Source: Eledone cirrhosa (Eukaryota). Taken from it: DNA of 64,000 nucleotides. Shown one piece after another: positions 39,194 to 53,623 of the stretch (position 1 is its first letter; each line of letters starts with the position of its first letter). The notes below the pieces were generated by a model. It saw only the letters and a list, made by a program, of their open reading frames with translations. It ran no database searches and was not told where the DNA came from. A program made the translations under genes and the position numbers. The stretch is from the NCBI GenBank assembly GCA_964016885.1, contig OZ024755.1, forward strand, positions 17,298,001 to 17,362,000, written 5' to 3'.

Positions 39194-40375
39194 GCAAGTT
39201 AACCCTTCCGATACTATATTTTAAATGAAATACACTGTGTTTCAATTAATTAGTGAAGAATTTGGAATGATTTACTAAATTTATTGATTGAGGCACATGG
39301 CTTAGTGGTTAGAGCATTGGGCTTGCAATCGAAAGGTTATGAGTTCAAAAGTGATGCATTGTCTCCTTGAGTAAAATACTTTATTTCACGTTGCTCCAGT
39401 TTACCCAGCTGTAAAAATGAGTTGTGACATCATTGGTGCCAAGCTATATCGGCCATTGCCTTTTCCTTGGACAACATCGGTGACATGGAAAGAGAAGACT
39501 AGTATGCATGTGTGATTGCTGGTCTTCCATAAACAACCTTGCTCAAACTTGTGCCTCGGAGAGGAACTTTCTCAGTACAAATCCCATGGTCATTCACAAC
39601 CATGTGAATTTTACCCATTTGTTACATAAGTCATATAGTCAGAACAGATTCAGCAAGACAGCCATATTTCTACAGTTTCCATCAAACAAATTTCACTTGC
39701 AAGGCAAGTTTACAGTAAAAAAACTTGTCTAAGGTATGATACTATGAAACTAAACTTTACCCTATTTGTTACATAACTTGACAAAACATTCTTATATAAA
39801 ATTATGCTGGAGAATTTTATTTTAAATAGAGACTCTTTAAAATTGGTAGTTTTGTTTTTCATAGATTCATAACCAGTTTTGGGGCAGGTTGGTATAAAAT
39901 GAATCAAATGGTATTTTGTTTGGAAATGTTTTCTTGGCTATTGTTTGCTGTTGTTCAGCGGCGGTAGTAGTGGTAGTTGTAGTACTGGAATAACAAGCTA
40001 TCAGTTTGAAAACATTGTTTGAGGCCTTAGTCTTGTCATACCACAATTATTCTGGGAACAAAAAGTAGGATTTGAACCCAGAACTCACATAGTCAGAACA
40101 GATACAGCATGACAGTAAATTTTCTACAGTTTCCATCAAACAAATTTCACTTGTAAGGCAAGGTTACAGTAAAAAAAATTTGTCTAAGGTATGATACTAT
40201 GAAACTAAACTTGAAACCATGATAAGGCTGCAAAGCAAACTCCTTAACTACTCGGCTAACAATTAAAATAAAAGAAATATCATGTCTATTCTATTTATTA
40301 TAATCCAGTAAAAAAATCTCTTTTTAAATATTTTCTAGTTAGATTTTAAATTAAAAGATTAACATCTTTTTGCAG

Positions 40376-40518
40376 GCTTTGAACCAATCTTGTGAAGAAA
40401 AACTGATTGTTTTGTCTGACATGGAATCTATCTCCTCTGTGATGCTCCCAAGACTCTCAGCAACTGATAACAAAACCATGCTAGAACAAATCAAAGACAT
40501 AAACAGCAAAACTAACAG
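40376..40518 (+). CDS. Spectrin-repeat protein exon (ALNQSCEEK...NSKTN), phase 0 to 2
   Basis: tttttgcag acceptor, AG|GTATTT donor. Confidence 0.85.
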
Positions 40519-40610
40519 GTATTTATTACATTGGTTTAGAATTGGTGTTAGCAATTTTAGCTTTTCTATCTCTATTATTTATTTATTTATTATTTATGGT
40601 TGTGATAAAC

Positions 40611-40614
<4 letters not shown>

Positions 40615-40700
<86 letters not shown>
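40615..40700. repeat. (CT)n microsatellite
   Basis: Direct reading. Confidence 0.95.
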
Positions 40701-40704
<4 letters not shown>

Positions 40705-41065
40705 TTCCATGCACTCTCTTGCTTTCTCTGTCTTCCTCTTCTCTCTCTCCTTCTTTCTTTATATACCTCCCTACCTCTCTCTCTCTCCCCAAAACATCAA
40801 AGCTGAGATAGGGAAGCTATATATATATATATATGTGTGTGTGTGTTTATACATGTGCATGTGTATATATAGATATTAACCTGTTGACTGCCATATATAT
40901 TTTACACAGCTGCAGTTGCTGTGCTAGTTTTTTTTCAGTAAAATGAAATTACATGCTGTTGGAAATGAGTTATCTCACCTGTGGAACTGGGATGCATACC
41001 TTTTAGCACAAGTTATCTTGTCTACGGCACTGAAGAGATTCTTTATGCAGTATTATATTATTACT

Positions 41066-41233
41066 AGAGTGTCGGACGCCATGCTTTGCAGCAAAGAGTT
41101 ATGGCCCTTTATGGTCTGAGTTCAAATCCCGCCGAGGTTAACTTTGTCTTTCATCCTTATGGAGTCGATAAAATAAAGTACCAGTAATACACTGGGATAA
41201 TTGCTGGCCTTATGCCAAAAGTAGAGACAATTA
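41066..41233 (+). mobile_element. 5'-truncated SINE family A with about 21-bp TSD
   Basis: attatattattactagagtgt on both sides. Confidence 0.85.
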
Positions 41234-43553
41234 TATTATTACTAGAGTGTTACCCATCATATGTTGCGTCATTTTCGAAGTATGTATAATAGAAGGTAAA
41301 TAAATAAAAACATGTATTAATATATAAATAAAAATAATATAAAATAAGATAAATAAATGAACTCCCTACACTTGCATTTAGCTAAAATGGTTTGTAATAT
41401 TGCTCACATGCATGCAATAACAATATAGTATTAAAGGAAGTAACGATTTGGGAAAAAGAAAAGAAATTAAGAAAAGGAACACATATTTTGATATATGTAT
41501 TTTCTCTTTATCAAAATGAACAAAGGAAGAGAGAAAAGAAGATGTAGCTTCATACAAAGCATTCACTTTTCATTCATAAGTTCCTGGTAAAAAGCATATC
41601 ACACTTAATTTGAAAATATTTATTTCCATGACAAATATCTTATGAATAATATAAATTATGTATGCTGTATCTATAAAAGATTATGTCTCCGATTTTGTTC
41701 CATAGTTTATCAGTCAATTCCCATGTGAATAACATAAATATGTTGTGTATAATAGAATATAAGTTCGATCTTGCACCATAGTTATTAGTATTGCATATGT
41801 TAACAATATCTATCTACTTCATAGAAATATAACAGTCATATTTTGAATGTGAAAATTTACAAATATGTTCATGTTTATGCTGTTATCTCAACTATTTGTA
41901 TGTGTAAGCTGTGTCTGTGTGTCTACGTGTGTATGGTAAGCTTTCCTTTACCTCTCTATCTCTCTCCCACTTTGCCTGCCATCCAACTCAGTATGTGTGC
42001 TTCTCCTTCAACCCATATGTTTATTCTTTCCCTTTCTATTCTCTCTCTAAATGCTCTCAAACATTGGACTCATGAACCAATACACATGATCTATTAGAGA
42101 CAATTGTGTCAAGAGCACAAAAACCTGCTTAGTTTTGATGTTATGATAATATGCACACAGTACACTCTGTAAAGTGCTTGGCATTAGAAAGAATATCTGA
42201 TTGTACAAAACTTGTCAAAAAAAGGATTAGGAAGACTTTATAATTGTGTCAAGGGTATTACTATCTCTCTAGTGATGGTGCTATGATAAAATGCACTTAG
42301 TACACCCTATGAAGTGGTTGGTGTTAGAAAGGGCATCCTGCTGTTTAAAACTTGCCTAACATGGGTTTGAGAGAAATCTTCAGTTGCGTTGGGGGTAGGA
42401 CAATCTCCCTTGAACTGGTGTTATAAATACACATTAAAAAATGCACTTGGTACACTCTTTAAAGTATAGAAACAGGACGCCAGTGCATTGCAGGGTTAAA
42501 CACCCAGCTATTGCTGGTACTCATTTTCAGCTGAGTATACTGGAGCAATGTGAAATGAAGTGTTTTGTTCAAGAACACAACACACAACCCAGTCTAGGAA
42601 TCAAACCACCAACATTATGATCACAAGTCCAACACCCTTAGCACTAAGCCACATATTATATAGATAGTCTTTAAATATATGGAGCTATTGTGATACATGG
42701 GGAATAAATACAATGGTTAAAAAAGGCCCTCAATACATGTGTAGTAGATTGATAATTGGAGAAAATATTCTGAAGAAAACTAAAAAAAAAATCCTCCAAA
42801 CCAAAAAAGTGTCTGTTTTTAAAGAATGAGAATTGATAGTATATAACAGAGCAGAGTGTAGAGAAGTCACATAGATCGATCCTAATCATATTAGCATTGG
42901 GAAAACAGTTGTAAACACAAGATATATCTATATTATATTTTATTGGCATAAATCCCTAGGGCAGCTCAATATAACTGCTATAACTCAATAGTTCTGTTAG
43001 CTATGAAATAAAAGGAAATAAAAAGTACAAAATATAAAAGTGAGGAAAGAAAAAATATAGCATTGACCATGTTCTTTTAAAGGTATCTTGCTGCAAACCA
43101 CATTTTAAGTTCTGTCAACTGTTTTATATTTCAAAGCATGATTAGTAATATATGTTAAACTTTCTTTAACATTTTATATCGATAGAGAACACTTAAAATA
43201 TAAGCTCCAAACTGATCTAATATATTCTGACTACATATTTCTAAAATTGTAGAAGCAGACATGATAGTGTGGTTTAGAAGTTTACTTCACAACTGCAGGG
43301 CTCTACTTGGCACCTTGGACAACATGTGTCTTCTGTTGCAGCCTTAGGCTAATCAATGTCTTGTGAAATTGATAGAATGAGAATGTACAATAGTCCATTG
43401 AATATGTGTGGGTGGGTGTATGTGTGTGCACGGTAGTGCTTACCATTAAAGCCAACTCAAGTGCAGAACTCAGAGTGGTGCATTACTAAATCTTAAATAA
43501 TCATAGTTTTATACAAATTAAATAAAATATTTATATTCAATATATATATCAAA

Positions 43554-43771
43554 CCTTTAGCATTTACATTGCTCTATATGCAATTGTATTTTCATGGTAA
43601 AGGCTTTAACTCACATAATTATCTTACATAACATCAAAACTATGAGATTTTGATATTATTTATTTTGAGAACAATACCTTAATGTCAGTATGACTGGCTG
43701 ATTATGATCAGTTTGAACAGAAAGAGGTGAGAGAATTCTGGCCGGATACAGCTGGTTTAATTTCTAAAGGG
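43554..43771. mobile_element. piggyBac-like MITE (P1)
   Basis: Similar to 46233-46462; decayed TTAA ends. Confidence 0.7.
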
Positions 43772-44544
43772 TTAGATATATATATTTGATATATATATAT
43801 TAAATATATAAAATATATATCATTTAATTAAATATAATTTAATTAAATAATATATATAGAGAGAGAGATTTATTAAAATAACAGATTAAAGTTTAAGCAA
43901 AGAATCGCTGCTTTCTCCACACACGTCTTTTCTTTGCATTGACACCGCATGAACAAGCAATGAAATTTGTTCATATACTTCATAAACAATATGATCTGCA
44001 ACTTAACAGTCCACCATGTGAGAATCAGTCAGTAGTTTACTTAGTGGAAAAGCAAGGGTTGTTTGTATGAGGAAGGGTGTCCAACCATTGAATACTACCT
44101 ACAAAAAAATACTCATACAACCCATGCTAGAATGAAAAAAATAGACATAAAAACAAAGATGGTGGTTGTGGTTTCAGTGGTAATGATGATGATGATGATG
44201 ATGATGATGTGGATTTTATCTTTCTATTATAAAAACCAGTAAAGTCTTCCATAAATAAGATATATGACAACAATAAACTCTCAGAATAGATATTAAACTT
44301 CATTTGCATATCTAACGATCTTCAGTAAAACTTCACCATAATAATACCTGTTTGGCTTTATTTATGAGATACATTAATGTTTTAAATATAAGTCCAGGCT
44401 TTAGTGGCAGTATGGTTAAAGAAGTTTGCTTCTGAACCATGAGATCCTAGGATCAATCTCACTGCAAGCCTTCTACTGTAACCTAGGGTTGACAAGTCCC
44501 TCATTAATCAAATTTGGTAGGTGGAAGTCAATCATGAATACAAG

Positions 44545-44925
44545 TGGCTGAAATGGAGTTCCTCCAAAGGGTTTTTGGAATAACATTACACGGTAGAGTA
44601 TGTAGCTCAGAGATCAGTGTGTCACTCTAGGTAGTGCTGCTGCTTCTCTGAATTGAGGGATTACAGCTCTCATATTATGAGCATGGTGTTAGAATGTCTC
44701 AGGAAAAAAATCACTGGACAGATTTTACAGGCAAAACCAAACAGCAGGAGACATAGGAGTAGACCCCGAGCAAGAGAGTTGAATAACATTTATGAGCTCG
44801 GCTGGTCTCACTTGGGGATCCAGCAGGATCAACTGGAGTTTGTTGCTTCTGACGGGAGCTGCTGGATGGCGTGATTGAGGTCTCTACCCTTGTGACCCTC
44901 TCAGGAATAAGTGGGCAAAGAAGAA
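44545..44925 (+). mobile_element. Decayed RTE (Expander/Rex3-like) LINE 3' fragment
   Basis: AEMEFLQRVFG and QILQAKPNSRRHRSRPR...LGWSHLGI motifs across frames. Confidence 0.65.
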
Positions 44926-45455
44926 CTCTGTGTATGTGTGTTCATGTTAACAGATGTTACAAAATGTCTTCCTTTATGTGAATATATAACTTAGTGATTC
45001 AGTTAATAATGATTGATAAAAGAATTGCCAGACTGTAATAAGTACTGTAGTCACTATGTTAAACGTTTAAGTCCTAAGCCTAGAGGTTTACCAAGCGAGA
45101 ACTTATCTAAGTTTTATGTGGCATTAAGAGATTGCAAGTACTACATTGTCCCCTGAACAAATGAGATGAGTGCTGGCATTTTTTCTCAGCTAAGGGGGCT
45201 GAGGGTCACTCTTGTCAACTAAGTAAAAAAAACCTTGTATCTCAGTATGGCTGCAATCCAATGTCTTGAGCCAGAGCCTCATTAGGCTGGAGCTTATCCC
45301 AGTTTTCATGATGTGTAGCGACTGAGAGTACAAGACTTCCTTCCTGGATAGGATGCTAGTCCATCACAAGTCCAATGAATGAAACCAGGAAAATGATAAA
45401 ATAATTGATCGACCATTTCAAATCCTATTGTAATCTAACATGTTTTTGTTTTCAG

Positions 45456-45639
45456 TGTTTCCCAAGAAGTGGCCAATTCTTTAAAGTTACTCCAGGAATC
45501 TCTAAGCCAACATGATGAAATTGATTCTAATATTCAGAGTCTATCAATCTGTTTAGAATCTATTGAGAAACAGACCCACTTTATCACACCAATTGGTAGT
45601 TCTGTTGATGAAGCTGAGAAACTATATTTACATTCCAAG
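45456..45639 (+). CDS. Spectrin-repeat protein exon (VSQEVANSLK...LYLHSK), phase 2 to 0
   Basis: ttttcag acceptor, AAG|GTAAAA donor. Confidence 0.88.
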
Positions 45640-45826
45640 GTAAAAAAAAATATATTTTCATATCTATCTTTTAATTTGTACAACAACCTCTTTAGTTTTT
45701 GTGACGGGATAAAACACACCCTGTACACTCTGTAAAGTCCCAATTCGACATATTTTTGTAAACTTATTTTTGATTATATTTTTATGTTGCCTTTCATGTT
45801 TCTTTTTTGTCTTTTGTCTGATTCAG

Positions 45827-46132
45827 GAACTGAGTTTAGAAATGGAGAGTTATAATCATATTGTCGGAAGACTGACTGAATATATAGAAAAATTCAACAG
45901 CAGTGGTCAATCTGCAAGTGCTGCTAACATCCAACAGACACTGACAAAATATACATTGTTAAATGAACACATAACTCAGTTACTTGACCATACAAAGGCT
46001 GCAGTGACCCTTCGAAAGCAATATCACACTGAATTTGCTGACTTGGAAACATCATTTGAAGATTCTTGTCAGAAAATTGATGAAATCTCAGCTCTAAACC
46101 TACCAACTACTGAAAAAGTGAATGAATATAAG
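45827..46132 (+). CDS. Spectrin-repeat protein exon (ELSLEMESY...KVNEYK), 102 codons
   Basis: Polypyrimidine tract plus CAG, AAG|GTTTGT donor. Confidence 0.9.
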
Positions 46133-46232
46133 GTTTGTAGAATTGAAATAGAAATAGAAGCTTCACCGTAACATTGACTAAATAATATAGTCTAATAATG
46201 GGGCATATAAACCCACTGAACATGACTATTAA

Positions 46233-46462
46233 CCCTTTAGCATTTACATTACATCTATTTACATCTATTTATACTATTATATTTTCATGGTAAAGGCTTT
46301 ACCTCGCATAATTATTTCACATAATATTGAATCTGAGATTTTGATATTATTTATTTTGAGAACAATACCTTAACATCTGTATGAGCAGCCAGTTACAACT
46401 GGTTTGAACAGAAAGAGGTGAGAGAATTCTGGTCGGATATGGCTGGTTTAAAGGCTAAAGGG
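46233..46462. mobile_element. piggyBac-like MITE (P1)
   Basis: TTAA|CCCTTTAGC...GCTAAAGGG|TTAA. Confidence 0.85.
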
Positions 46463-47226
46463 TTAAAAATGCACACAAAAACTACATGTTTCATAAGGTT
46501 TTTAGTTTTCGTTAGTATTTTTAATAGTCATGTTTTGAAAAAGTTATAAATGAAGAAGTTGACAATATTGTAAAATAGATTATAAAGACTGCTCTCTGAC
46601 ATTTCGTTAGTTATTATATTGTGTATATGTAACCGATCTCTAGGACTCTTACAAACTTTATATAGAGAATGATGTGCTCATGCACAGAAATGCTATAAAA
46701 TAACTTATAAAATAACTTATAAAATAGAGGGAAAACCCTTAAAAAATGGAAGTTGTTGCCATTGGCCACTTCGAAGGAAACTTCTTTTTTCATCTTTTAA
46801 TTGTCTTCTCTCTAGAAGTTATAAGTTATTTTATAGCATCTCTGTTCATGAGAACTTCAATTATTATATGCGTTTTTATTTTCATTTTATAAAGAAAACG
46901 AATGATATTCTTAACAGAAATAAAATGCAGCTATAAAAGTCTGAGGTTGTGAATTCAACTTGTCCCCAGATTATTCTCCTTGGCAGTTTATTCTTTGCTG
47001 GAACATGAAGACATGATTGAGACAAAGATATTACAGTTTCTGTTAACAGTATAACATTTGTAATAAACTTAAGATGCTATCATGTTCTTATTTTCAAAAT
47101 AGTAGTAACTGTGCTTGACTTACAATCATAATGTCAAGGGTTCGATTCTATCACCAACCATTTCAGATTTTGTTGTTATCAATGTATCTTTTAGATTTTA
47201 TTTTCTAATGGTTTCTCTCAATCTAG

Positions 47227-47550
47227 GTTGTCTACAACAATCTACAAACTTGTGAAAGAGATCTTGGTACTATGGCTGAAAAAGCACACCAAATAGACTT
47301 AGATTTAGCCAATAATGACAACTCTTTGACATCACAACTCATAATTGTCCAGTCAGACATTAACAACACCAAAAGGAATATAGACCAAAAGATTCAAGAG
47401 TGCCAAATGAAAGAAATGAATGAAAAAGAACTAAGCAATTCTTTAAAAGAAACAATATTATGGCTGGAACAGAAATATATCTTTCTTTCTTCACCTGAAC
47501 CTCTACATCTAACTGAAAGTAAGATTGATTCTATCAGTCAGAAATATCAA
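47227..47550 (+). CDS. Spectrin-repeat protein exon (VVYNNLQTCE...ISQKYQ), 108 codons
   Basis: TAG acceptor, GTGAGT donor, LKETILWLEQK motif. Confidence 0.9.
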
Positions 47551-47584
47551 GTGAGTCTAAACTATATTATAATTACCATATCAT

Positions 47585-47829
47585 TTTCATCATCATCCTG
47601 ATTTTTACGTCCATTTTTCCACGTATGCATGGGTTGGGTGGGTTTTTCTCAGAACGGTATCTCTCACTCGTCGCATTCCTTCGTTATCTCGTCTGTGAGT
47701 CTCAGCGATTTGAGGTCAGCTCTCACCATCTCTTCCCAGGTTTGCTTTGGTCTATCTCTATTGTTTTCCTTCTACTGGCATTTCCTGGCATTTCTTCACC
47801 TAGTGATCATTGTCCGTGCACATCACATC
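47585..47829 (-). mobile_element. RTE LINE 3' fragment related to the 36323-37185 element
   Basis: Aligns by eye with 36330-36570. Confidence 0.7.
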
Positions 47830-48035
47830 TATATACTCGAATATAAGCCAAGGAATAAGTGACCAAAAAAAATCAATGATAGGAGTAGGGGTTATATTAG
47901 GGGGTCAATATTTTGATGATTTTCACCAACTTCAAATTCTACATAAATAGGGTTTGGATTTTTGCCCATTTCTCTGACATAAAGTAATGGGGTCGGCTTA
48001 TATTTGTATCAGCTTATATTCGAGTATATACAATA
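47830..48035. mobile_element. pogo/Tigger-like MITE
   Basis: TIRs tatatactcgaatataagc / gcttatattcgagtatata. Confidence 0.7.
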
Positions 48036-48145
48036 TGTTATGCTTTACAATAATTTTTTCTATAGTTATATTTCCCCAATATATCAAGAAATAAGGAAAC
48101 TAATTTTCATCTAGAATTCTAACACAAGAATGTGATGTGGTTTAA

Positions 48146-48385
48146 CCCTTTTGATATCAAATTGCATGAAACTGTCCCTGTTTTGTTTTTTATACAAAAC
48201 TGTTTATTTCAAAGTGTTTATATTTATCTAAAAATCTTCCATCATAATTTTATGTAAGAACCTTTAAGTTATGTTCCAAACACCAGCACAATATTGAAAA
48301 TATGAGTTATATTATTAAATTACTCCAAATCTGATTTGAAAATTATAGGCAGAATCCTTTCATTAGAAATATGGTAATAAAAGGG
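48146..48385. mobile_element. piggyBac-like MITE (family P2)
   Basis: TTAA|CCCTTTT...AAAAGGG|TTAA; related pieces at 18420-18930, 25300-25520, 26110-26490, 57030-57390. Confidence 0.7.
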
Positions 48386-48461
48386 TTAATTTAACTGGGT
48401 ATAAAGAAAATGATTTGTTAATTTATGTTCTAAATGCAAGCTTAATAATGAGGAAGGTATA

Positions 48462-48527
<66 letters not shown>

Positions 48528-48582
48528 CACGTACACACACACACACACATATACATATATTGTCTACTATCTATTATTCCAG

Positions 48583-48720
48583 CAAACCTCACAAGAATCT
48601 TTAGATCGTATTGCCATGGTTAGGAAAAAAGTCCATTCCACAGAACAGGATTCTTCAAATACTGATGCTAACCTAAAACAACAATTGGTATTGATTGAAG
48701 AATTTGAAACCAAGATTCGG
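48583..48720 (+). CDS. Spectrin-repeat protein exon (QTSQESLDR...FETKIR), 46 codons
   Basis: ttccag acceptor, GTAAGT donor. Confidence 0.85.
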
Positions 48721-50289
48721 GTAAGTGATTCTATTTTGGAAATTCTCTAAAGACTTTTTCTCTTAGCTCCCTACTACCACCACTTCATTCCTTTACAATT
48801 TCCTCTTCCCCTTCCTCACCATTTATTATCAATGATAAGGGTAGTGGATTGGCAATTGGCAGAGTATCAGACAACATGCTTTGCGGTATACAGTTGTGGC
48901 TCTTTATGTTCAAATTCAAATGTTCCTCAAATCACAGCAACAGCTACAACAACAATTATAAACCCACCTCCATTCTTCAGAACATGAATTTGCAACTGGA
49001 AAGTTCCTCTCCATGAGGCAAACCTATGCGAGGTGTTTTTTGGAAGATCATCTGTCACCTTAACATGCAAGGCTTTTCTCTGAATGCCACTGATGTTGTC
49101 CAAAGAAAGGAAAGGCAAATACCAATACTCCTTGATACCAGTAATATCACAGGCAAAACCAGAGCAATAGAAAATGAGGTACCTTCCCTGGGAATTGATA
49201 CCATAACATTATGTTGATGAACCCAATGGCCTAACCACTAGGCCACATACCTTCATAATAATTAAGGTAACAACCCCCTTAAGTCATGAATGGCCATGGG
49301 ATTTGCACCTAGAAAAATCCCTTCCCAGGCCCAAGTCTGGGCAAGGTTCTTTGTAGAAGACCAGCAGTTGATCATTTTTTCTTCACACCACCAATGTTGT
49401 CCAAGGGAAAGGTAACGGCTGATACAGCTTGGCACCAGTGATGTCTCAACTCATTTCTACAGCTGAGTAAACTGAAGCAATGTGAAATAAAGTGTCTTGT
49501 TCAAGGACACAACACATCACCCAGTTCAGAAATCGAACTCTCAACCTTGTGTAAGTGTCATGAAAAAAGTACCCAGCACACATTGTAAATGTGGTTGGCA
49601 TTAGGAAGGACATCCAGCCATAGAAAATCAGCCCCAAAACATCCAGCCCACACTGCAAAGTGGACGTGTAAAAGACACAGCAAAAAGCACCCAGCACACA
49701 CTGTCAATGTAGTTGGCGTTAGGAAGGACATCCAGCCAGAAACTCTCCTATATGAGCGAGACATGGTCACCCAACCCAATTTGCCTCTAAATGGGAGGAA
49801 CCTGTCTAACCCATGCTAGCCTGGAAGATAGACATTAATCGACAATGATGATGATGATCCTCATGGTTGCAAACCCAACACTTTAACCATTAAACCATTT
49901 GCCTTCATATTAATAATTATAACAACTATAATAAATTCGAAATTATGAACGATATATTGTCCATTGTGTTTATTAGCTTTCATTAGACATAGAGAATCAC
50001 AGCTGGTCAAAGTCATTAATGTCAGCATAGTGACCCATGTGGTCAAAGGGTCAGGTGAGGGGTTTGAATGCTATTGTCAGATCTGTGCAATGTCTTGAGA
50101 AGCAGGACATTTAATATAAATGACTGGATTGATGGCAGCAATGTAAAGAAAAGAGTGGAGATTAGTGAATAATTGATGAGTTTTATCATATTTAGATTAC
50201 TGTGTTACTGTAAAACATATGTCTCTTGGGTAATTGGAGAAGAATTTAATATAGAACAATAATTATATAAAATAAATGAATTACTAATT

Positions 50290-50645
50290 TAATAATTGTT
50301 TCTACTTTTGGCACAAGGCCAGCAATTACCCAGTACATTACTGGTACTTCATTTTATCGACCCCGTAAGGATGAAAGGCAAAGTCAACCTCGGCGGGATT
50401 TGAACTCAATTACTAATTTAATAATGATAGTTTCTTATATAGGCACAACGCCAGCAATTCGGGGGGGGGGGGGGGGTCGATTAAATCAACCTCAGTGCAT
50501 TACTGGTACTTTATTTTATGAAACCTGTAAGGATGAAAGGCAAAGCTAACCTTGACGGGATTTGAAATCAGAACATAAAGGGCTGTAACTATGCCATAAA
50601 GCATGGTGTCCGACGGTCTACCAATTTTACCAATCGACTACCCTA
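50290..50645 (-). mobile_element. Two tandem SINE family A copies
   Basis: Reverse complement of the family A core, twice. Confidence 0.8.
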
Positions 50646-50764
50646 ATATCAGAGAAATTTATAAATTAAAACAAGAAAAAGTAAAATCTCAAATAGTATC
50701 CCAGATATTGTATTTTATAATCTGCGAAATACTTTATGCTCAGCCTGTATATTGTGGTTTCTAG

Positions 50765-50941
50765 GATGCTGCTAAAGCCAAGGAGAAATACCTTACTGAA
50801 GCTAAAGCCAATCGGGATCAGTTTGAACAATCTCTAAAACAGGTCACTGATTGGTTGACTGGTGCAGAGAAACTTCTGGATTCTGGATTCATAGAAGACC
50901 TTGATCCTGATCTACTTTACCAACAACTTGAAGAACACAAA
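50765..50941 (+). CDS. Spectrin-repeat protein exon (DAAKAKEKY...QLEEHK), 59 codons
   Basis: ttctag acceptor, GTAAGT donor, canonical FEQSLKQVTDWLTGAEKLL helix. Absent from the ORF track. Confidence 0.92.
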
Positions 50942-52343
50942 GTAAGTATTTATTTTTATTTCTAGTTTTTTTTCTTTATTGATATTTTTGATTGGAATTT
51001 TTTGATTACCCAAAAAGTTGACAATTTTTTTCTCAAAGAAACCTCTTCTTCTTCTTCTTCTTCTTCTCCTTCTCCTCCTCCTCCTCCTCCTCCTCCCCCC
51101 TCCCCCTCCGCCTCCTCCTCCTCCTCCTCCCCCCTCCCCCTCCTCCTCCTTGGAGGGTTATGGGAAGGCAGATTCCTCAAACACTCCTTCCAGCAGGTAT
51201 TGTCACAAGCAACAGTCTCCAATTGAGACTGCCAAAACATTTCAATTTGGCAAGAAAACATATCTTTCTGGAAGTAGTTTGTTCTGATTTTATCATAGTA
51301 TCACACACACACACACACACACACACACAAAGACACACACACAAAGACACACACATAATAAAGGCAGCATATATGGAAGCAAAATTTATGTCTGTTTATT
51401 ATATAAACATATTGTATCTGCTTCCAAAACCACCTCTATACTGAATCATGCCATGCAAGAGCTACAGCTAATTAATGTAGAAGCATGGAGAAATAAGTGT
51501 AAAATGATGTTGGTACATATATATATATTATGTTATTATATATATATATACATATATATATATATGTTATATATATATATGTTATATATATATATGTTAT
51601 ATATAATATATACATATATATAGATATATATATTATGTTATATATATATATGTTATATATATAAATACATATATATACATATATATATATATATGTGTGT
51701 GTGTGTTTATGTATATATATAGTAGAGAGAGAAAGCACTGGGATAGTTTCCTATAAATCCTTTGCAGTTAAATATGAAGTTAGATTATTATTTTTCGTTT
51801 TAGGAACAAGAAAAATGTGATTTATAACATAAATGTTTTTCCTACAATGTAAAATAAATTAAAAATACTGTCACAGGAAATTCAAACCACTTTGTTAATA
51901 ATGGTTTCTGATTTAGGCATAAGGCCATAATTTTTGTGGTAGGGGAAAGTCAATTAAATTGATTCCAGTGCATTACTGGTACTTTATTTTATCAACCTTG
52001 TAAAGATTAAAGGCAAAGCTAACCTCGGCAAGATTTGGACTCAGAACGTAAAGAACTGTAACTCTGTGCAATTAAGCATGTTGTCCGACGCTCTACACCC
52101 TCGTTTCTTGCTAAAATATTTGGGTCAGTAAATCTTTTACTTAAAATCAAGAAGTGTTTGAAGCTGGAAATGACTTTGTGGCTTACTAATGTACAAGCCT
52201 GACCAGGGGGATAGAGGGGGAGCTGGTGAGACACTTGGAATGGACCTACAAGTTTGTAGGTCTATATGGGGCATGAGGGAGTAACTAACTAATTCTTATC
52301 AATCACTACTACCATTTGACTATTGAATATTTAATTATTTCAG

Positions 52344-52556
52344 GAGTATCTATCAGAGGCCAGTCTCTGTCAAGATGAAATGGATATATTAACAGACACC
52401 AGTGAACATCTGTCAGATTCTCTTGACTGCAATGATAAAGAGACATTACAACAATCTCTCCAGAGTCTCACTGGAAGACTTAATAATGCTGTGTCATCTC
52501 TTCAGAAAAGACAACTTGCCATTGAAGAAAAAATAGATCAATGGAAAGACTTTCAG
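52344..52556 (+). CDS. Spectrin-repeat protein exon (EYLSEASLC...QWKDFQ), 71 codons
   Basis: tttcag acceptor, CAG|GTTAGT donor. Confidence 0.9.
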
Positions 52557-53623
52557 GTTAGTTGTATTCCTTTACTCTTTTATTGATTTCAATCATGAAA
52601 CCTGGCTGTAAATATATCATCATTCATAATTTCCTTTTAACGTCAATTTTTTTCCATGCTTGCATGGGTTAGACAGGTCGCCCATGCTGAGAGGCAAGTC
52701 TGGCCAGGATTGGCCATGTGTTGCACCTTGCTCTGGCGAGCACTGTAAATTTTGCTGGATGCCCAACCACGATTACAGTATAGGACTGGGTGGCTCCGTT
52801 ATGAGGAGGGACAGGCCAGTTGGCTGCACCAAACCCATCTCACAATGGGGCCATAGTTTTGGAACCCATTCCAAACATCGATTGCTTCTAAACAAAACAA
52901 TTATATTGAATACATATAAAAATGAGAAAACTCATCGCTAGAACAGCCATTAAAACAGCTAAATGCTGTCAAAGACAGCGATGGGCAAATATGCCTCAGA
53001 GGACAGAGATCAGCAGCCAGTGGGCAACAGAGAGACAATCCACAAGGTGGGTGACAGGCAGATGAAATAAAAAAAAGATTGAAAGAGGAAGATGACACAC
53101 AGAAGTGATTGGAAGAAGGAAATAAAGAAAAGCAATGTAGAAGACAGGTTTACACAAACATACATCTTCACCCTCACAGCTCTCAAACCAGCAAAGTGGT
53201 TTTGCATGATAATTTTTTTTTGCAATTTTGACATTATATTTTGATAGTCAACTGATATTGTTGGGTCAAATTCATCAGTTATTCACTTATTTAACTGTTA
53301 AGAGGCTGGAATGGTTTAGTATAAAATATCTATAAGCTGGTTTATTAATTCAAATGTTTATAGTATCTTTACTAGTTGGCTGATTGTTGTGAAAAATTGC
53401 AGTAATCCAATTTTTAATGTGATGTATTCATAGAGCTGTTTTATACTTTTCAAGAATGTCTTGCTGATATGGTTTTATGTGGTACTGGACATTAAGGGTC
53501 AATTCAATAAGATATCAAATTGAAATCATATTGAATTTTGTTGTTAACTTGTTACCTTAATTTGTTCTGTTCCCTTTGTGCCTTGTAATGTTGTTACTAA
53601 TCATACTTTATTCTTTGTTCAAG

